Of a stretch of DNA of 64,000 nucleotides, positions 32,901 to 45,900 are shown piece by piece (the first letter of the stretch is position 1; each line of letters starts with the position of its first letter). This DNA is from Amoebophrya sp. A120 (Eukaryota; Protista; Dinoflagellata), in assembly GCA_905178155.1 (NCBI GenBank), contig CAJINV010000014.1:2015888-2079887 (forward strand), written 5' to 3'. The notes below the pieces were generated by a model. The model searched no databases. It was not told the DNA's origin and worked only from the letters and a program-made list of their open reading frames with translations. The position numbers and the translations under genes are program-made.

Positions 32901-35900
32901 TCGTAGGAGCTGCAGGTGTTATCTTATGCTGTGCAAAACAAAGTATCGTACTCGTATATATAAATGCATTACAAATTTCCTTAGCATGAGAAATAGAATT
33001 TGTAATGTTGATTTGCCTTGATATTGATAAAGAAATTTGTAATGCAAGACCTGCATTTATACGAGTACGATACTTTTGCACAGGATATATTTCCTCTGGT
33101 CGTTTCCACGTCAAAGTGCACTTGCTCCGTCATCTTCTCAACCACGATGTCAGAATGAAGATTCCACGACGAGTCAGCATTTTCAAGATTCCCTGTTGTC
33201 GTGGTCGTGTGGACAACAAGATTTGCGCTGTCGCTGCCCGCGTTCTTGGCCGAAGACTTCGATTTATTGGTGTCAACACAGCACGAAGACGCCTCGTGGT
33301 CCTCGATTTTATGTAAGTCTTCAGCTGCATGCTCTTCCGATGTTGAACTGCAAAAGTTAGTGGGCACCTTCAGATTGCAGGACGAGCTGGTTCTTTCGGA
33401 GACGGAGTCTGCGTCCGAGCTGGTTCTTTCTGCGTCCTCCCGGGGCGGCACGTCCGTGCTTTCCGCGGCCGAACCGCGGTGGTTCGGATATGAGAGTGCG
33501 CAAGCAAGAACTATAATCCTCCCCCTCATTTATTCAAGAACCCTCCCCCTCATTTATTCAAGAACGGCATGAGGAGATTTTTGAGCAACAGAAGCAGGGG
33601 CAGAAATGTGGCTGCCGCATAAAAAGTTTACGCGGAGACGATTTTAGTACTGATTGACAACGTGGTTCCGAAATTCGGCATGCAGACAGTGTGTGCTTGA
33701 ACTTGAAGACGCACTACAGGTACAGGCACATAAAATCATGTGTCTGTGGTGTAATAAGTTCTGCATCTTCTACAACTTATGAATGAGGAAGAGGGCTGAT
33801 CTTTGTGCACGACTCATCATCTTCTCATATCGGACTCATCTGAAACTGCACGTAGGTGTGGTCCGGCACAATGCGCATCTCGGGGAGCCAGTGCATCTGC
33901 TTGTTCTCGGGAATCTGGTTGGTGCTTTCCAGGTAGGACCTCACCTGCTGTTGGTGCAAGGCGACCTGCTCCAGGAACAAACTGTCATAGCCGCCGAGCT
34001 CAACTTTGCTCCTGGGCGGCGGGTAGAAATGCTCACCGTCCTCGCCCATCATGTCGCTTCTTCGTGAAGTAGGCACTCCAGAGGCGTTCGCCCCGTAGCT
34101 ACCGTGTAGTTCCTCCATGTTCTCAATGCTGTCCCCCCGGCCGTCTTTTCCCTGACGATCCGTAGATGGGCTCAGCGTTGTGTTCGGCGGTGACAACGAG
34201 TGGACCATCCAGGAAAAACCACCCATCCACATCCAATTTGTCATGCATACCCGACTGCACATCCAATTTGTCATGCAAAACACGTATCAAGTCCTGTGCT
34301 TCGCATGCAAAAAAATGGAACGGGATGGGTTTTTTTCTGTGGATATGGAAGGTCGTGCAGCTACTCTTGCAGCGCCCCCGGTTGGAGTTGACCAACAGCT
34401 GACGAGTATGCTATAGGAAATTTGCTCCCACAGTCCTCCGCTGGTGCGTACAAATTATGCGGTCTCTGCATGACAAACTTTTCCGCTAATCCACCTGCTC
34501 AGCATGTTACAGGTGGGGACACGATCATCTACGTTGGCGAATGAATTGGAGATGCAAGAATGATTTGTACGTCTGCGGGTATGGAAAGCGAAAATCTGTA
34601 TAAAAGCGTAACGACCAAGACGATGCGAGGACATTCTCCTGGTCGTCCGTGCCCTTCGATATTCCTTGAAAACTAATCATCCCCATCCAGCTTGTCATGC
34701 GAGACATGGAGCAAAGTCGACTTTTGTCATGCAGAAAGTAGATGGGGATGGTTATAATGATTTTCAGGGGATATAATTCCATCCGGAGCCGTGTGAATCA
34801 GATCCATTCGTACGTCCTCCTCGTGCAGCTCTTCGTCGCTACGGCCTTTATGACACCCTCAGAATGGAAATCCTCAAAGTGGAAATGATTTGTGATGCAT
34901 GAACTGCGACACCAAAAAGACTGTATTGCAGAGAGCGCAATGGAGGCCGACTATAGTACTTCTACGGGTTCAGAATTGGGCTGCTGATTAGCATGAGAGA
35001 AGGGCACCCCTTTGCCTAACTAGCATGACAGACACGTTTTGAGTGCCCGGGAAATTTGTCATGCGCCGACTAGAAATGGTGCTCCAACTGGAGTCGTTTT
35101 TTTGCATTACAAATTATTTTCACTTTGAGGATTTCCAACCTGAGGCTTTCATAGCCTCGAGTGAAGTACGACAAGGATCCTTCATGCGTCAAGGCCGCCG
35201 GTCGCCGCCCGCGGCAACGACGGGTAAGGGCTGCTGCCTCCGCGGAGATCGTGGAGTTAATCGCCACAGAGTCGCCACCAGCTCCAGAGAAGTTCGGGGA
35301 CCCCGAGCACGGAGAGGTATGAGACGTGCGGCTGGTTCCGCCACCACAGGTGTCGTGAAAGGAGGCACTGTATCCAATGCAAAAGAGTGTGGGTCTGGAA
35401 CATTGCGAGATTTGTCATGCTTGTCTGGCATGACCAAAAAGTTTGTGATGCGTGTCCAAGAAGAGACCCTTTTGCCTGTCATGCAAAAACGCAGCTTGTC
35501 ATGCGAAAAACGCAACACAAAGAAGCCGCGCAGACATTTCGCATGCTTGGCTGTGCATTACAGAGCATTCACTATTCCCAACGCAGCACTACAAGTTTCC
35601 AGACTCAGACATTTTTGCATTTGATACACTGCCGTTACCGGTATTCTCCCGTGGAATGACGAGAATGCTGCTGATATTGTTGAAACAAGACACGTCAGAG
35701 CCTGGACGAGTTGTAGTGAGAGCGGAGGTGGACGCAGCACTGCAGTTGATCTGCGACGTGGACTGCAAGCCAGCATCGAGCGGTAGATACTGAGCCGAAG
35801 AGTTGTGGTCTTCGCTCAGTGTTGTCAGGCTGCAGCTCGAGGTGCACTGGGACACGCGGGAAGCAGTAGAATCCACTTGCTGTTGCTGCTGTAAAAAGCC

Positions 35901-37376
35901 ACAAGAGTTGTAGAGCCCCTGGTGCTGCGAGAAGTTGTTGTACATGAGATTGTTGTTGGAGGATGTGTGGCAGTAGAGGAGAGTCGGCATCGTTAACAGG
36001 GACGCAGTGCTGTTGTTGCTACTCAGAATGTTGCTATTGCAGCTGGTTCGCGGAGCTGGAGGGAGAAGGCTCGGACAGGTGGAGAGGTTGTCGTTGTTGC
36101 TCGTTCCGAGATAGTGATCGCTAGTAGTCGTGCTTGTCGTATAATTTGTGCAAAGAACACCAGTACTCGACCAGCAAATCGGCGGCAGCGGTGGCGGAAG
36201 CTGCGGCTGCTGTTGGTGCTGGTGGTCCGTAAGTAGATGTGTTCCGGTGCTAGCTGAGAGCGCCGCTGCGGTTGCAGTAGATCGTTCATTGTGATTCTGA
36301 ATACTGTCGTTAAAAATAACGGGCCGCGCACCTCCGCCAGAAGACAGTGTGCTCGTAGAAGCCTGGTGGTTCATGTTCATGAGCAGCATGTTTTGGAACA
36401 GCTGGCTGTCAATCTCTTGCAAGCGTCTCACCAGACTTTCCTCCGTGATCGCCGACGTTGCTGTTGCAGGTTGGTGCTGCTGCGCTTGTTGCACTGTGGT
36501 CTCAATGGTGGAAGACGACGTCGTATGCTGTCGCGTAAGTGGGCAAAGACTATCTAGTCCGCCCGAAGACAAACTCGTGTTCAGGCTACTGTAGGAACTT
36601 CGGTCTACTTCATGAGGAAGCTGGGCAACTACAGCGGGGTCTGTTGTAGCTCCGATGACGGGTCGTCCATCTCCAGCAGCTGCACATGGTTGCTCCTGTA
36701 GCAGCCCGCCTACTAGCTGCCCCACTGCACCACCCGCTCCTGCCATGCACATGCTTGTTGACAATCCGCCACTAACTACAGTGCCATCACTGTTCAGCGG
36801 TGCTGCGTTCGCAGGCAATAAACCTCCTGAGGACTGCGCCCGCTGCTCGTCTACAAACTGCGGGAGAGCTGCGCAGCTCGTTGCGACCGCAGACGACGGA
36901 GGGTGCTCCAAATTGTAGAGATTATTTGTTGTTGACAATGTGTAGTTATTACAAGTTGTACCGATGAAGGTCGACGTGCTCGCGCTATTCGTCGGGTAGA
37001 TGAAGTGCTGATCATTCTTCGAAGAAACCAAACTGCCCATGCTATCGTGTGACCTGTTCTTGTTCATCATGGTGTTCGCGAAAGGAGCTCCGACAGCAGC
37101 GGCTGCATTGTAGACCATTGTTCCAGAAGATTCACCACCTCCATGAGTCAACATTTGGTTAGCAAGAACTGGCGCGCCATCAAGCTGGTGGTTCTGAAAC
37201 TGCGGCGAAAAATATGGGACGATGGGTTGGTTGCTCACGGTAGTCGACGCAATGGGGTGATGTACGTGGTCGTTCGCTGGAGGGGCACAAGTAGAGGACG
37301 AGATCGCGGCGGGTAGAAACGTCGTAGCAACCGCATTGCAGTGCTGGTGCTCTATGAAACCAAAAGTTATCTCCAT
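26916..37376 (-). CDS. Large multi-exon Mei2-like RRM protein with S/T/Q/N-rich flanks; both ends approximate
   Basis: Spliced frame gives SIIIRNISNQY...RYYRDEFLEDML...AYFYVPVDVLTSQSLGYAHVCF...KYLKVEASRLQSHGEILSHLYKN, resembling the Mei2 C-terminal RRM. Most junctions were checked in frame; those near 27.85, 30.63 and 34.45 kb are unresolved. Confidence 0.72.
27393..27656. mobile_element. Introner, D-like
   Basis: Imperfect TIR; TSD GAGTG/GAGTT; frame kept (ANS|TAS). Confidence 0.8.
28991..29300. mobile_element. Introner, family P (TATTACAAT.AAAAATGCCCCC)
   Basis: TIR; TSD TCTGG/TCTGC; frame kept. Confidence 0.9.
29370..29607. mobile_element. Introner, family I
   Basis: TIR; TSD GTAGC. Confidence 0.92.
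29662..29878. mobile_element. Introner, decayed
   Basis: TATCAACATGAAATAA / TTATTCTCTGTTGTTA; TSD ATTAG/ATCGG; joins NNP|IQLTD in frame. Confidence 0.6.
30030..30340. mobile_element. Introner splitting the RRM
   Basis: TTCTAATTTA..TACCGT inverted pair; TSD GATGT/GGTGT; frame kept. Confidence 0.82.
30849..30958. mobile_element. Introner, E2-like
   Basis: TIR; TSD ATTCC. Confidence 0.87.
31043..31201. mobile_element. Introner, family D
   Basis: TIR; TSD TCCGA. Confidence 0.88.
32593..32753. mobile_element. Introner, family D
   Basis: TIR; TSD GCTGG. Confidence 0.93.
32925..33087. mobile_element. Introner, family A
   Basis: TIR; TSD TATCT/TATTT. Confidence 0.92.
33489..33829. mobile_element. 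Introner, I-like
   Basis: TATGAGA...TCTCATA; TSD TCGGA; internal tandem duplication CCTCCCCCTCATTTATTCAAGAAC. Confidence 0.88.
34206..34345. mobile_element. Introner, family E
   Basis: TIR; TSD TGGAC/TGGAA. Confidence 0.87.
34660..34773. mobile_element. Introner, family E2
   Basis: TIR; repeat TTCGA/TTCCA with 3-nt offset. Confidence 0.8.
34849..35153. mobile_element. Introner, G-related
   Basis: TGGAAATCCTCAAAGTG / CACTTTGAGGATTTCCA; TSD GCCTT/GCCTC. Confidence 0.9.
35371..35626. mobile_element. Introner, family B
   Basis: TIR; TSD CACTG. Confidence 0.92.
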
Positions 37377-39992
37377 TGAGGCAAACCAATTTTTCTGTTC
37401 CTGTTACGGGATTATTCTCATGTTGCCACGGCTATGGTCGTGATGTAGTAGTTGCCAAAAAACTGAGTAATTTCATAATCAGCGGTTCAACTTCTACAGC
37501 GATTCCGGCAGGGTGGCAACACCCGCATAAACACAAAGTCATTTTGATTTGCCCAGCACAAAATTTGCAGTGATAACATGGCTATCGATGCTGGAACCAC
37601 CTGAGGAAAGGGAAAAATGGAAATTTTCTTTTGTGTCGTGCTGTCGGAAACGATTTCATGAGCCGCATCATTGCCCCCCTACCAGCGGTTTCGAAAATTT
37701 CTTACGGCAAACAAGTACATGTACAGCACTCAGGAAACAGAAATCTCAGCAGCGAAAGTAATTCTTTTGTTTTTCAATGTGATCATGAAAGGAATGTTCT
37801 AGATGAAGGGGAGACAGTGGCAGTGCACTTCTAGTTCTATTTCATATCACAGGGGCACTTCATACCAGCAGAACCAGTGTTCTTGTTGTTTCCCGTCATC
37901 TGCAGAAATCCTTGCTCTTGCTGCGGCAAGTTCGACTGTCCGTGAGAAGTAACGCCATCGCTGTTAGACGTCGACGCTCCAAACCCGGCCACGAGCCTAG
38001 ACTCGGAGGTAGACATATCTACAGCTGCTGCTGCTCCACCACGTGTTATGATGGTGCAAAAACCACACAAAAACACTGCCACTTTCGCAGACCTTGACCT
38101 TTTCATGGGGAGAAACCCGAACAAAAAATCATGCTGCAAAATGAAGCTGTAAAACGAACAGGAAGAGATTGAATACATACAGCCGCATCATGACGATCGT
38201 GAAGATCCGGCTTGATGTATGATTGTTGCAACCTCCTCAAGCGTTCTAGCTACCTACGTAGACAGCATGCATGTTCGTACCTCGATAAGTACATCGTAGC
38301 AAGCTGCAATTGCGGAAACTGCCTGGCAATGGTGTGATAAGTTTGCACCGGCGGATATTCACCATTCCGACGTGTCGGCGTTTGTGTCGTGGAATTTGCG
38401 TTGTTGGAACAGGAAAACAAGAAGCCGAAGAGCCTCTTCGGAAGAGGTCGTCGTGGTAGACACGGATATAATCGAAAGATGCTGCAGCTCTTAGAGATCT
38501 GTTTGAAAATACTACTACTTCTTTGTACGAAAGAGAAATAAGACCAACAAGTAGCAGTTGAACTTGGGGTGTGATGCTGAGGACGCGCTGTCTCTGTGCT
38601 TGTCCTTCACACCACCAGAAGCACACGTTCTTTAGTACTACGTGCTGTCGTCCTTGTACACTTCAACTTTCGTCTCTACTAACTTCGTTGTTAAGTGAAG
38701 AACTTCTAGTGCTACTGGAGATGGAAGACGCGGGCATAGAATCAGAATCAGATATAAAAAAATGTACCAAAACCAATAGGAAAAGGACCTCTTACGTTGT
38801 TCAAAAAGAGCAAGAACAGCATGAATATCAACTGCAGGTGCCGCCTTCTGCTAGTAAGAACTCCTGCTGAAATATCAGCACTGATACATTTAAGTGCACG
38901 CGAAGATCTGGTCCAATCGTAATGAAATTGAATCGATGAGCTAGGTACTTAGACTGGCAGCAGCAGCCCTCGCCGTGTGTGGCCACGCATCATCCATGTC
39001 AAAAAAAAAAAAACCTTTTTTTCTGCGAACACAGAGGCACTGACAACGCAACGCTCTTACTTCCTGGGACACGCGCCGTGAACATGAGCCTTAAAGACCC
39101 ATGCTCACACGTGTTCTTACTTTAGCTCCTGCGCGGATTTGTGGGCTGTGGTGTGCGTGCAGGGCTTTGCACGATTCCAGGCCGGTCGTATACATATTCA
39201 TATTGCCCAACACGAATATCTTTAGCATATATCAAAAATCAAAAACATCACGGTAAACAATTCAAAACAAATTCAAGCAGGTTCATTTGTGTGGTAATGA
39301 TTTGGTCTTAGTTACTACAGTGTACATATCCACCATCAGAAGTCGAAGTCGCCGCCTTCGATACGAGATATCGTCGCCACGCATCGTCGGGCAGAAAGTT
39401 GAGAGCTCCACACTGTCGTCGAGAAAAATACTCCGTATTCTAGCACATAGCATACATTTTCACCAGCTATTGTGGTTGGGCGCGAGCGCGTCGTGGCTTA
39501 ATATGATAATCCTCATGGTCGTGCTGAGTCAAGCTTCATACACCATCTCCTGATGCAGCAGCTGCGACGTAACAATTACAGTGAACATACAAACCTTGTG
39601 CTGGTGGTATGTGTAGATATGCTCCAAGATGAACTCTTCACCACTGTCAAAAAAGAAAATGATGCTTCATGCCAGCACGATTTTTCTCCCGTAGGATAGA
39701 CTCAACATCATTTCATTCAACATTACCCCGCCGAGTGAAGAAGCCTGTAGTAGTACAGCAGCTGCGGCTACTAGTGACTTGCTATACGTGGTTAGAACTT
39801 GCACGGTCTCTCCTCGTGAATGGGCGGACTCCCACAACACGACTCGAAAAAGACCCTTTGAATCGGAAAACTCTTTAGTTTTCCACACCTTTCGGTTGAT
39901 TCTTTTACTTGAGCAAGCGAAGCAGCGTAGTGTCACGGCGCGATAGACGAGGACTCCTTGTCGATTTTTCCTCGTCCACCCTAGCCTTAGTC

Positions 39993-42900
39993 TTAGTCAC
40001 AGCTCATGGACCTTCGCCCCCAGGTGCGGCGCGAGACTCTGGCGCTGGCACGTGCGGCGCTGGTGGCATGATTCTGGTCTTCGACATCTTCTACGTGAAC
40101 AGTAGCGGCTGCTGTTCCTCTTCCTTCTTCATGATGCGTGGAGCCGTCCGCAGTCGAAGCCTCGTCCAGCTGCAGTCCGCTCGAAGTCTTAATACTACTG
40201 CCGCACTGACGAGGAGGACGACCCTCCGGCTTTTGCTTTTCTCGGAGCTCCTGTTGCTCGTCGCTGTTCACAGAAGTGGCCACCATCAAATCTACTTCAT
40301 CCCTGCTTGCGTCAGAAATTCCTGCAGCTACACCGGTGCACTTTGCCGTGGTCAGCACCGTCCTGGAAGATGATGATGTTGTTGATGATGCGTGGGACTT
40401 TATTTCGTTTTGCGACATCAAATTCCCCGACGAGGACGACCCAGTTCCACAGGTGGCGGTTGTTTTGCGCAGATGGTGCGCTGCGGCTCCACTCGCTGCA
40501 TAATTGGTTGTAGAACTACTACTTCCACTCGTGCTGCAGGTGGAATTGGAGGTCGTCACGAAGCAGTCCCGTTGAATCGACCGCATCAACAGCTTTTCAG
40601 CTTTTCGCAGTCTTCTGAAGTACTTGCGCCGCTTGGTCAGCACCGGACTGGCCGACCGACTCTCGTTGCCCTTCATGCGCTTTAGCACGTTCTTGATCGC
40701 CAGAAAATCAAACACGTCCGTCATGTTACTGTAGTTGGTATCCAGTTTCGCAGACGCTTTTGCCCACCTCTCCTCCACCGACGCCACTCCTCCTGTGGAG
40801 ACGACAGGTCGTGGTCCCGCCGACGATGCAGCGGATAAGCTTTTCTTGTTTTGATCCTGGTGTTGAAGAAGATCCTGTATCCCGCGTTTCTCCTGCTCCT
40901 CGGCGGTAGTTGCTGCAAACGAGCTGGTATCCTGTGCAAAAGTATCGTACTCGTAGTCATTGCAAACATGCATTACAAATATCCATCCCAAGGCAAAACA
41001 GCATGACAAATTCCCTTTGTCATGCTGAGCTAATTTGTATTGCAATTTATACTAGTACGATGCTTCTGCAATTCATAGGTGGACCTTCCCGACGTCGACG
41101 TTCCACCGCCGCTACTGCGTCCGCTGATGTTCTTTGAGGTCGAGGACGGAAAAGCTGCAAATGATCCGGTTTCTGCTTTTGCCTTCTCCGACGTGTTCTG
41201 TTGCTGCTGCTCCAACGAAGACAAAAAATTGTACAGCGAAACGCGCTTCTTGTTCCTTTTTGCCTGTTGCAACTGCTTCTGTTTCAGAGCTTCCTGTCGC
41301 CGAAATTGCCGTGTGGCTGGACTTTCTTCGTTCTTCCGTCGTGTTGAGGTTGATTTCTTCTTTTTACTTCCTATTTTCATCCGGGAAGCAGGTTCTTCAT
41401 TCGGCGCGCGGGAATCCGTCTTGCTTGCGGCCGCAATGCTAGAAGTCATCAGGGCTCCTGTATTGCAGCTGCTCGTGTAGTCTACTGCGTCCTCATACGG
41501 AACCGCAGCTGCTTTTGTTTCGTCGCAGTCATTGGAGCTCTTCAAAACGTCGACTCTGGAGGCGGTGCAGGTCGACCCAGCAGGTCCAGAACTGTGGCCC
41601 CTCTGTCCAATACCGCTGGAGCGAAGATCCAGCTTGTGTGACGCGGTGGCACAACGCTCGACGAGAGCAGTGTCGACGCCTTTTTCATCAGTAGAAGTAA
41701 GAGTAGAGCCAGTACAATTATCCGGTCGTGCTGTTGAGCTGCGAGTGCCACTTTCTACTTGCAGCATCCTTTGCTGCTCGTCAGGGTCCACCATGGCATC
41801 TTCAAGTCCTTCGCTTTTTTTGCCCTCTCCCGCCCTGCAGGAGATAGACACGCCGGAAGACGAAGAGGATGATCCGCCACTGGAGATGGTGCTAGTATTC
41901 GTTTTCCCACTGCGCGCATCCTCCTCGTCGCTTTCCTCATCATCCCCGCCCGAACTGCTCGTCAGCTCGCATAGCCCCAGATCCTCGTAATACTGCAGGA
42001 ATGTCTTGGGAATTGCCTGTACGTGGCTACTATCCACTGCAAAAGCAACGCGGTCGCACTCATCACAATCATGCATGATGACAGATCTGCCTCCAAAACC
42101 TATACAAATTCTGCAGAAAAAACTGCAGCTTCATCTTGAAAAAAACTTGCCATGCTGCACTTAAGTCTAGTGGTGGTGCTGGTGGTACAGCGATGCAGCT
42201 CGTTTTGCAATGCGTAGCTGGGTCCAAAAGCCGCCCGCTTCGCGACCTTGCGTCGCTCCTGCTTGATGCGCTCCAGTTCGGCCTGGATCCGGGGATTCGG
42301 GCCCAAAAACTGTTCCTGTTTCTTGGACAAATTTTTCAAAAACGAGAACCGGTCGGATTCCAGAGATTTCGGATTTTTGATGATAACGCTTCTATTTTTA
42401 GACGAGGAAGAAGTACTGTCGTACGAAAGCACATTCGTTGTTCCTGCAGTAGCAGCACTGGAGGACGAAAAGCTGTTGCCGAGCCACTCCAGTCGGCGCT
42501 GCTTTACCAAGCCCTTGTTGCTAGTCTCCTCCAGGATAGTGGTGCGGCGGGCGCCAGCGATAGAAGCGGCATTGACGGCGGTCGACCGGCGCTGGCCATC
42601 GCAAGAAGACCAGGTAGACGATGTGATGCTGGTTGCCGAGTCTCCTTTTGGCAGCTTGAACTTAAAAAAGTTATCCCTGAGAAGCATCCGGCTTTTCCGA
42701 TTCAGCCGTTCCTGGAGTTGATGGTCTTGGCGCAATTCTTTGGCGCAGCTCGTCGTATTTGTCATGGTGTTGCGGTTGTTCGATGATGTGCCAGGACCAT
42801 CATTCGCGCTTTCGCGCCTGTCCGCGGCGGTGCCATCTTCGCCGAACGCTGGAGGGTTCGAATCTGAACAGAAATTCTGGAAGATATCGGGTACGTATAA

Positions 42901-45900
42901 CAAGTAGAGTGCACAAGAACGACCCGCAAGGGTCTATCTCGTTTGAAGGGCGGCAAACGGCCCAACATGGACAGGAGAAGCAACATAATGTTTCTGTTTA
43001 GCCTCTCCCTCTGCGTGACAAATTTTTTTTAAAATTCCTTTGATGATCAGTATTTGCGGCGTGGCATGTCAATTTCATCGGTTCGGCTGCGAAATCTTAT
43101 GGTCATGCAAGATAAAATAAGATTTTTATGCTGTGAAAAACAAATAAGTAGCGTCAGCAGCTCGAGTGGTCGAGCTCCTGTTTTCGAATGACAATGTAGC
43201 ACCAGAAGGGGCGACCACGTCGAGGGGACTAGTTGTCGTGCACTCATCTCGTAGTAAGCCGATTCTGCTGGACGTGCTGCTCCCATCGAAAATTGAGGAC
43301 AGGTTGCTGTCCTTGTAGCTGCGCTTGCTGCCGGTGCTGAAGATGTTAGACCCATGGTTTCGCGAAGACGTCCACGTGTTGGAGTTCTTGGTTGCCCGAA
43401 AGTTGGAAATGATCGAGCTCCACCTTCCCACGGCTTCTTTCGTCTTGTCTCTAGTATTCGCCGACGCGGCGCCATCAACGTCCACGTGGTCAAGCGGAGA
43501 ATGATCTCCAGGAGTAACAGGAGCTGCGGATGAAGAGCCCGGTCCTGTTCCCGCCGTAGGACAAGCGCTACTAGTTCTTCTTGTACAGCTCCCCCCTTGA
43601 TGCCCGTCCTCCACTGCCACTGTTGTAGCACGACCTTCTACAATCGTCCCAAGCTCGTCTTCTCTTTGCTGTGGCGGTTGGAGGTTCTCCTGCTGGGCCG
43701 TCCCGAGCTCCAGAAAATCAGATAAGAACGCGTCCTGTTTTATTCCAAGAACCTGCTCGTCTTGAGAGTGTGCCTTGATGTTGGCCTCTTCATCGATTCT
43801 AATTGCCGTCGTGGTTGCAGAGTTTTTGCCTGATGAAGGTACTGGAACTGGTATTCCTGGCGCCCGAGTATTTCCTGCTCCTTGATTTCGCTGCTCATCG
43901 TCGTCGAGCAGCCTGGCAGTAAAAGCCCCAGGCTCAGAGCTCCGCCGTGTCCTGCTTCGCCGGCGGCCTACCGAGCTCAAGCTCAACCTGTTGCTGAAGA
44001 GATGCATTGAATCCGCGTTGTCTTCCAATTCGGACTATGCATCGCAAAAGCATCGCACCCTCATAGTACTTCTAAGGCTCTTGTCGAAATTCCATTCCAA
44101 ATTTTCGCAGCAGCGCAGAGAGATAACGTGCACTTTGTCATGCAAATTTAGGTAAGCCGCAATCGCAAACTAGTGGTCAAGGTCATGCACAGTTGCAGCT
44201 CATATGAGCACCACGATACAACTGCATTTGCATGGGATACCGGCACAGAATCCGGAGAGGACGAGTGCTGCACGGATGCAGTAGCAGAGTTAGAATTACT
44301 AGCACCCGATCCCGCACACTTACTGGTCGGCACCGCATTGCGATACCCCGGTAGCAGGTCGCCCATGTCAAAGATCTTCCGTTGGCGCGCTTGCCCTGAA
44401 AGAACAGGTAGACTTTCGCGATTGTTTGTGTTTCCAACGCCACTACTGCGAGGAGTACCGGTTGCAGTTCTCCCCTCGTCGATCATGTTGTTTTCTTTCT
44501 GCCCAGAGGAGGACAAGGCCGCTAGGAGGTGGCTCGTACTGGTTGATGTACTAAAATCCTCTTTATTTCCGGTCGTTCCCAGTATATGTCCGGAAGACAG
44601 CACGTCGCTTCGGTCCCGGCTAGACATCAAATCCAGAAAAGACACCGACTTGCAGGACTCCGACGGCGTGGCCGCCTGCTCGCTCCGCACACCCGTGGTC
44701 CTGCGGCCAGCGTGTTGTAGCTGAAAGCTCGTTCGTTTCTGTTGGGAGTTCAGCGTCGACCGGCGGTTCTTTCTGAGGATCGACCGCAAATGCAGAATCT
44801 CGTCCTCCACGTGGACAACGGAAGCTGAGGTGGACGCACCTGATAACTGTTGTTGATCTGTGTCCGCTGGTGCTGGTCGTGTCGTGCCAGGAGCAGGGCT
44901 TGCTTTTTTACTTGTGTTTGTACTATTAACCCGAACAGTAGACGTACCCGATTGGAGTTGATTGTCAAGATGTTCACTTCCCATCTCGTCTGTTGTACTT
45001 CCTTGTATCAGCAACGCGTTGGATGGTGATGTCAATCCCGCCCTTGTTTTCATCTTCTCCACTTCGCTACCATCCACTTCATTACCCGGAGCTGCGAGAT
45101 TTCTCCCGCCAAGAAGAACACGAAACGTCGTTGCAGGGGGAATGTCAGCTGCTACACCGGCAGCACCCGCCGCACCTCCATCGCTAGAGAAGGGTCGCAC
45201 TTTTGTTGCCGCTGCGTGCTTACTGTGATGAGAGGAGGTTGCGGCTTTTTTATTTCCTGGGACGAGGACACGAAACTGGCTCTCCTCGTCCTGCTCTTCT
45301 CGCTGGGTGGTGGAAGTGGATGTCCCGGAGCTACAACTACTTCCACGACTCGCTCCCCCGGTGTGTCTGCGACGTCGGTCGTGCTGGGAGCGAGGTTTTC
45401 TTCGGGACACGCGGAATTCAGGCAGGGAAGATGATGGGTCCTTCTCGTTTCTACTGTTCGCATCAAGATTTACTGCATCGGTTACCGTAGAACTTGATGT
45501 AGTGCTCGACGAAAAGGCGCTCGCTGCGTCCTCGTCGTCCATGCCTTCTACATGCGCTTTTGGATAATTTTTTCCACCCTCGCGTGCCTTCTTGCTACGG
45601 TCGCCCTTCAGCTTCTTTCTCGCCCCCGTGTTCATCGGAGCAGGCTTGCCATCAGCCATGTGAACACGAATACAAAGGCCGCTCCCTGCCTCTTCCCCGT
45701 TGTCAGTAACGTCTTCACCTTCACTGGACGACGAAGAGCTTGTGCCCGTTTGCTCTTGGCTGGAACTGGTCCCAGAGCTGCTGCTGCTGCTGGTGCTCCC
45801 GTCTGCGGATCCGGACAGTGCATCGTCGGAAGACTGCTCCTCGGACTCTGAATTGGTTCCAATATCCTGAGGATAGAAACCATCGCTGGACAAGACCTCC

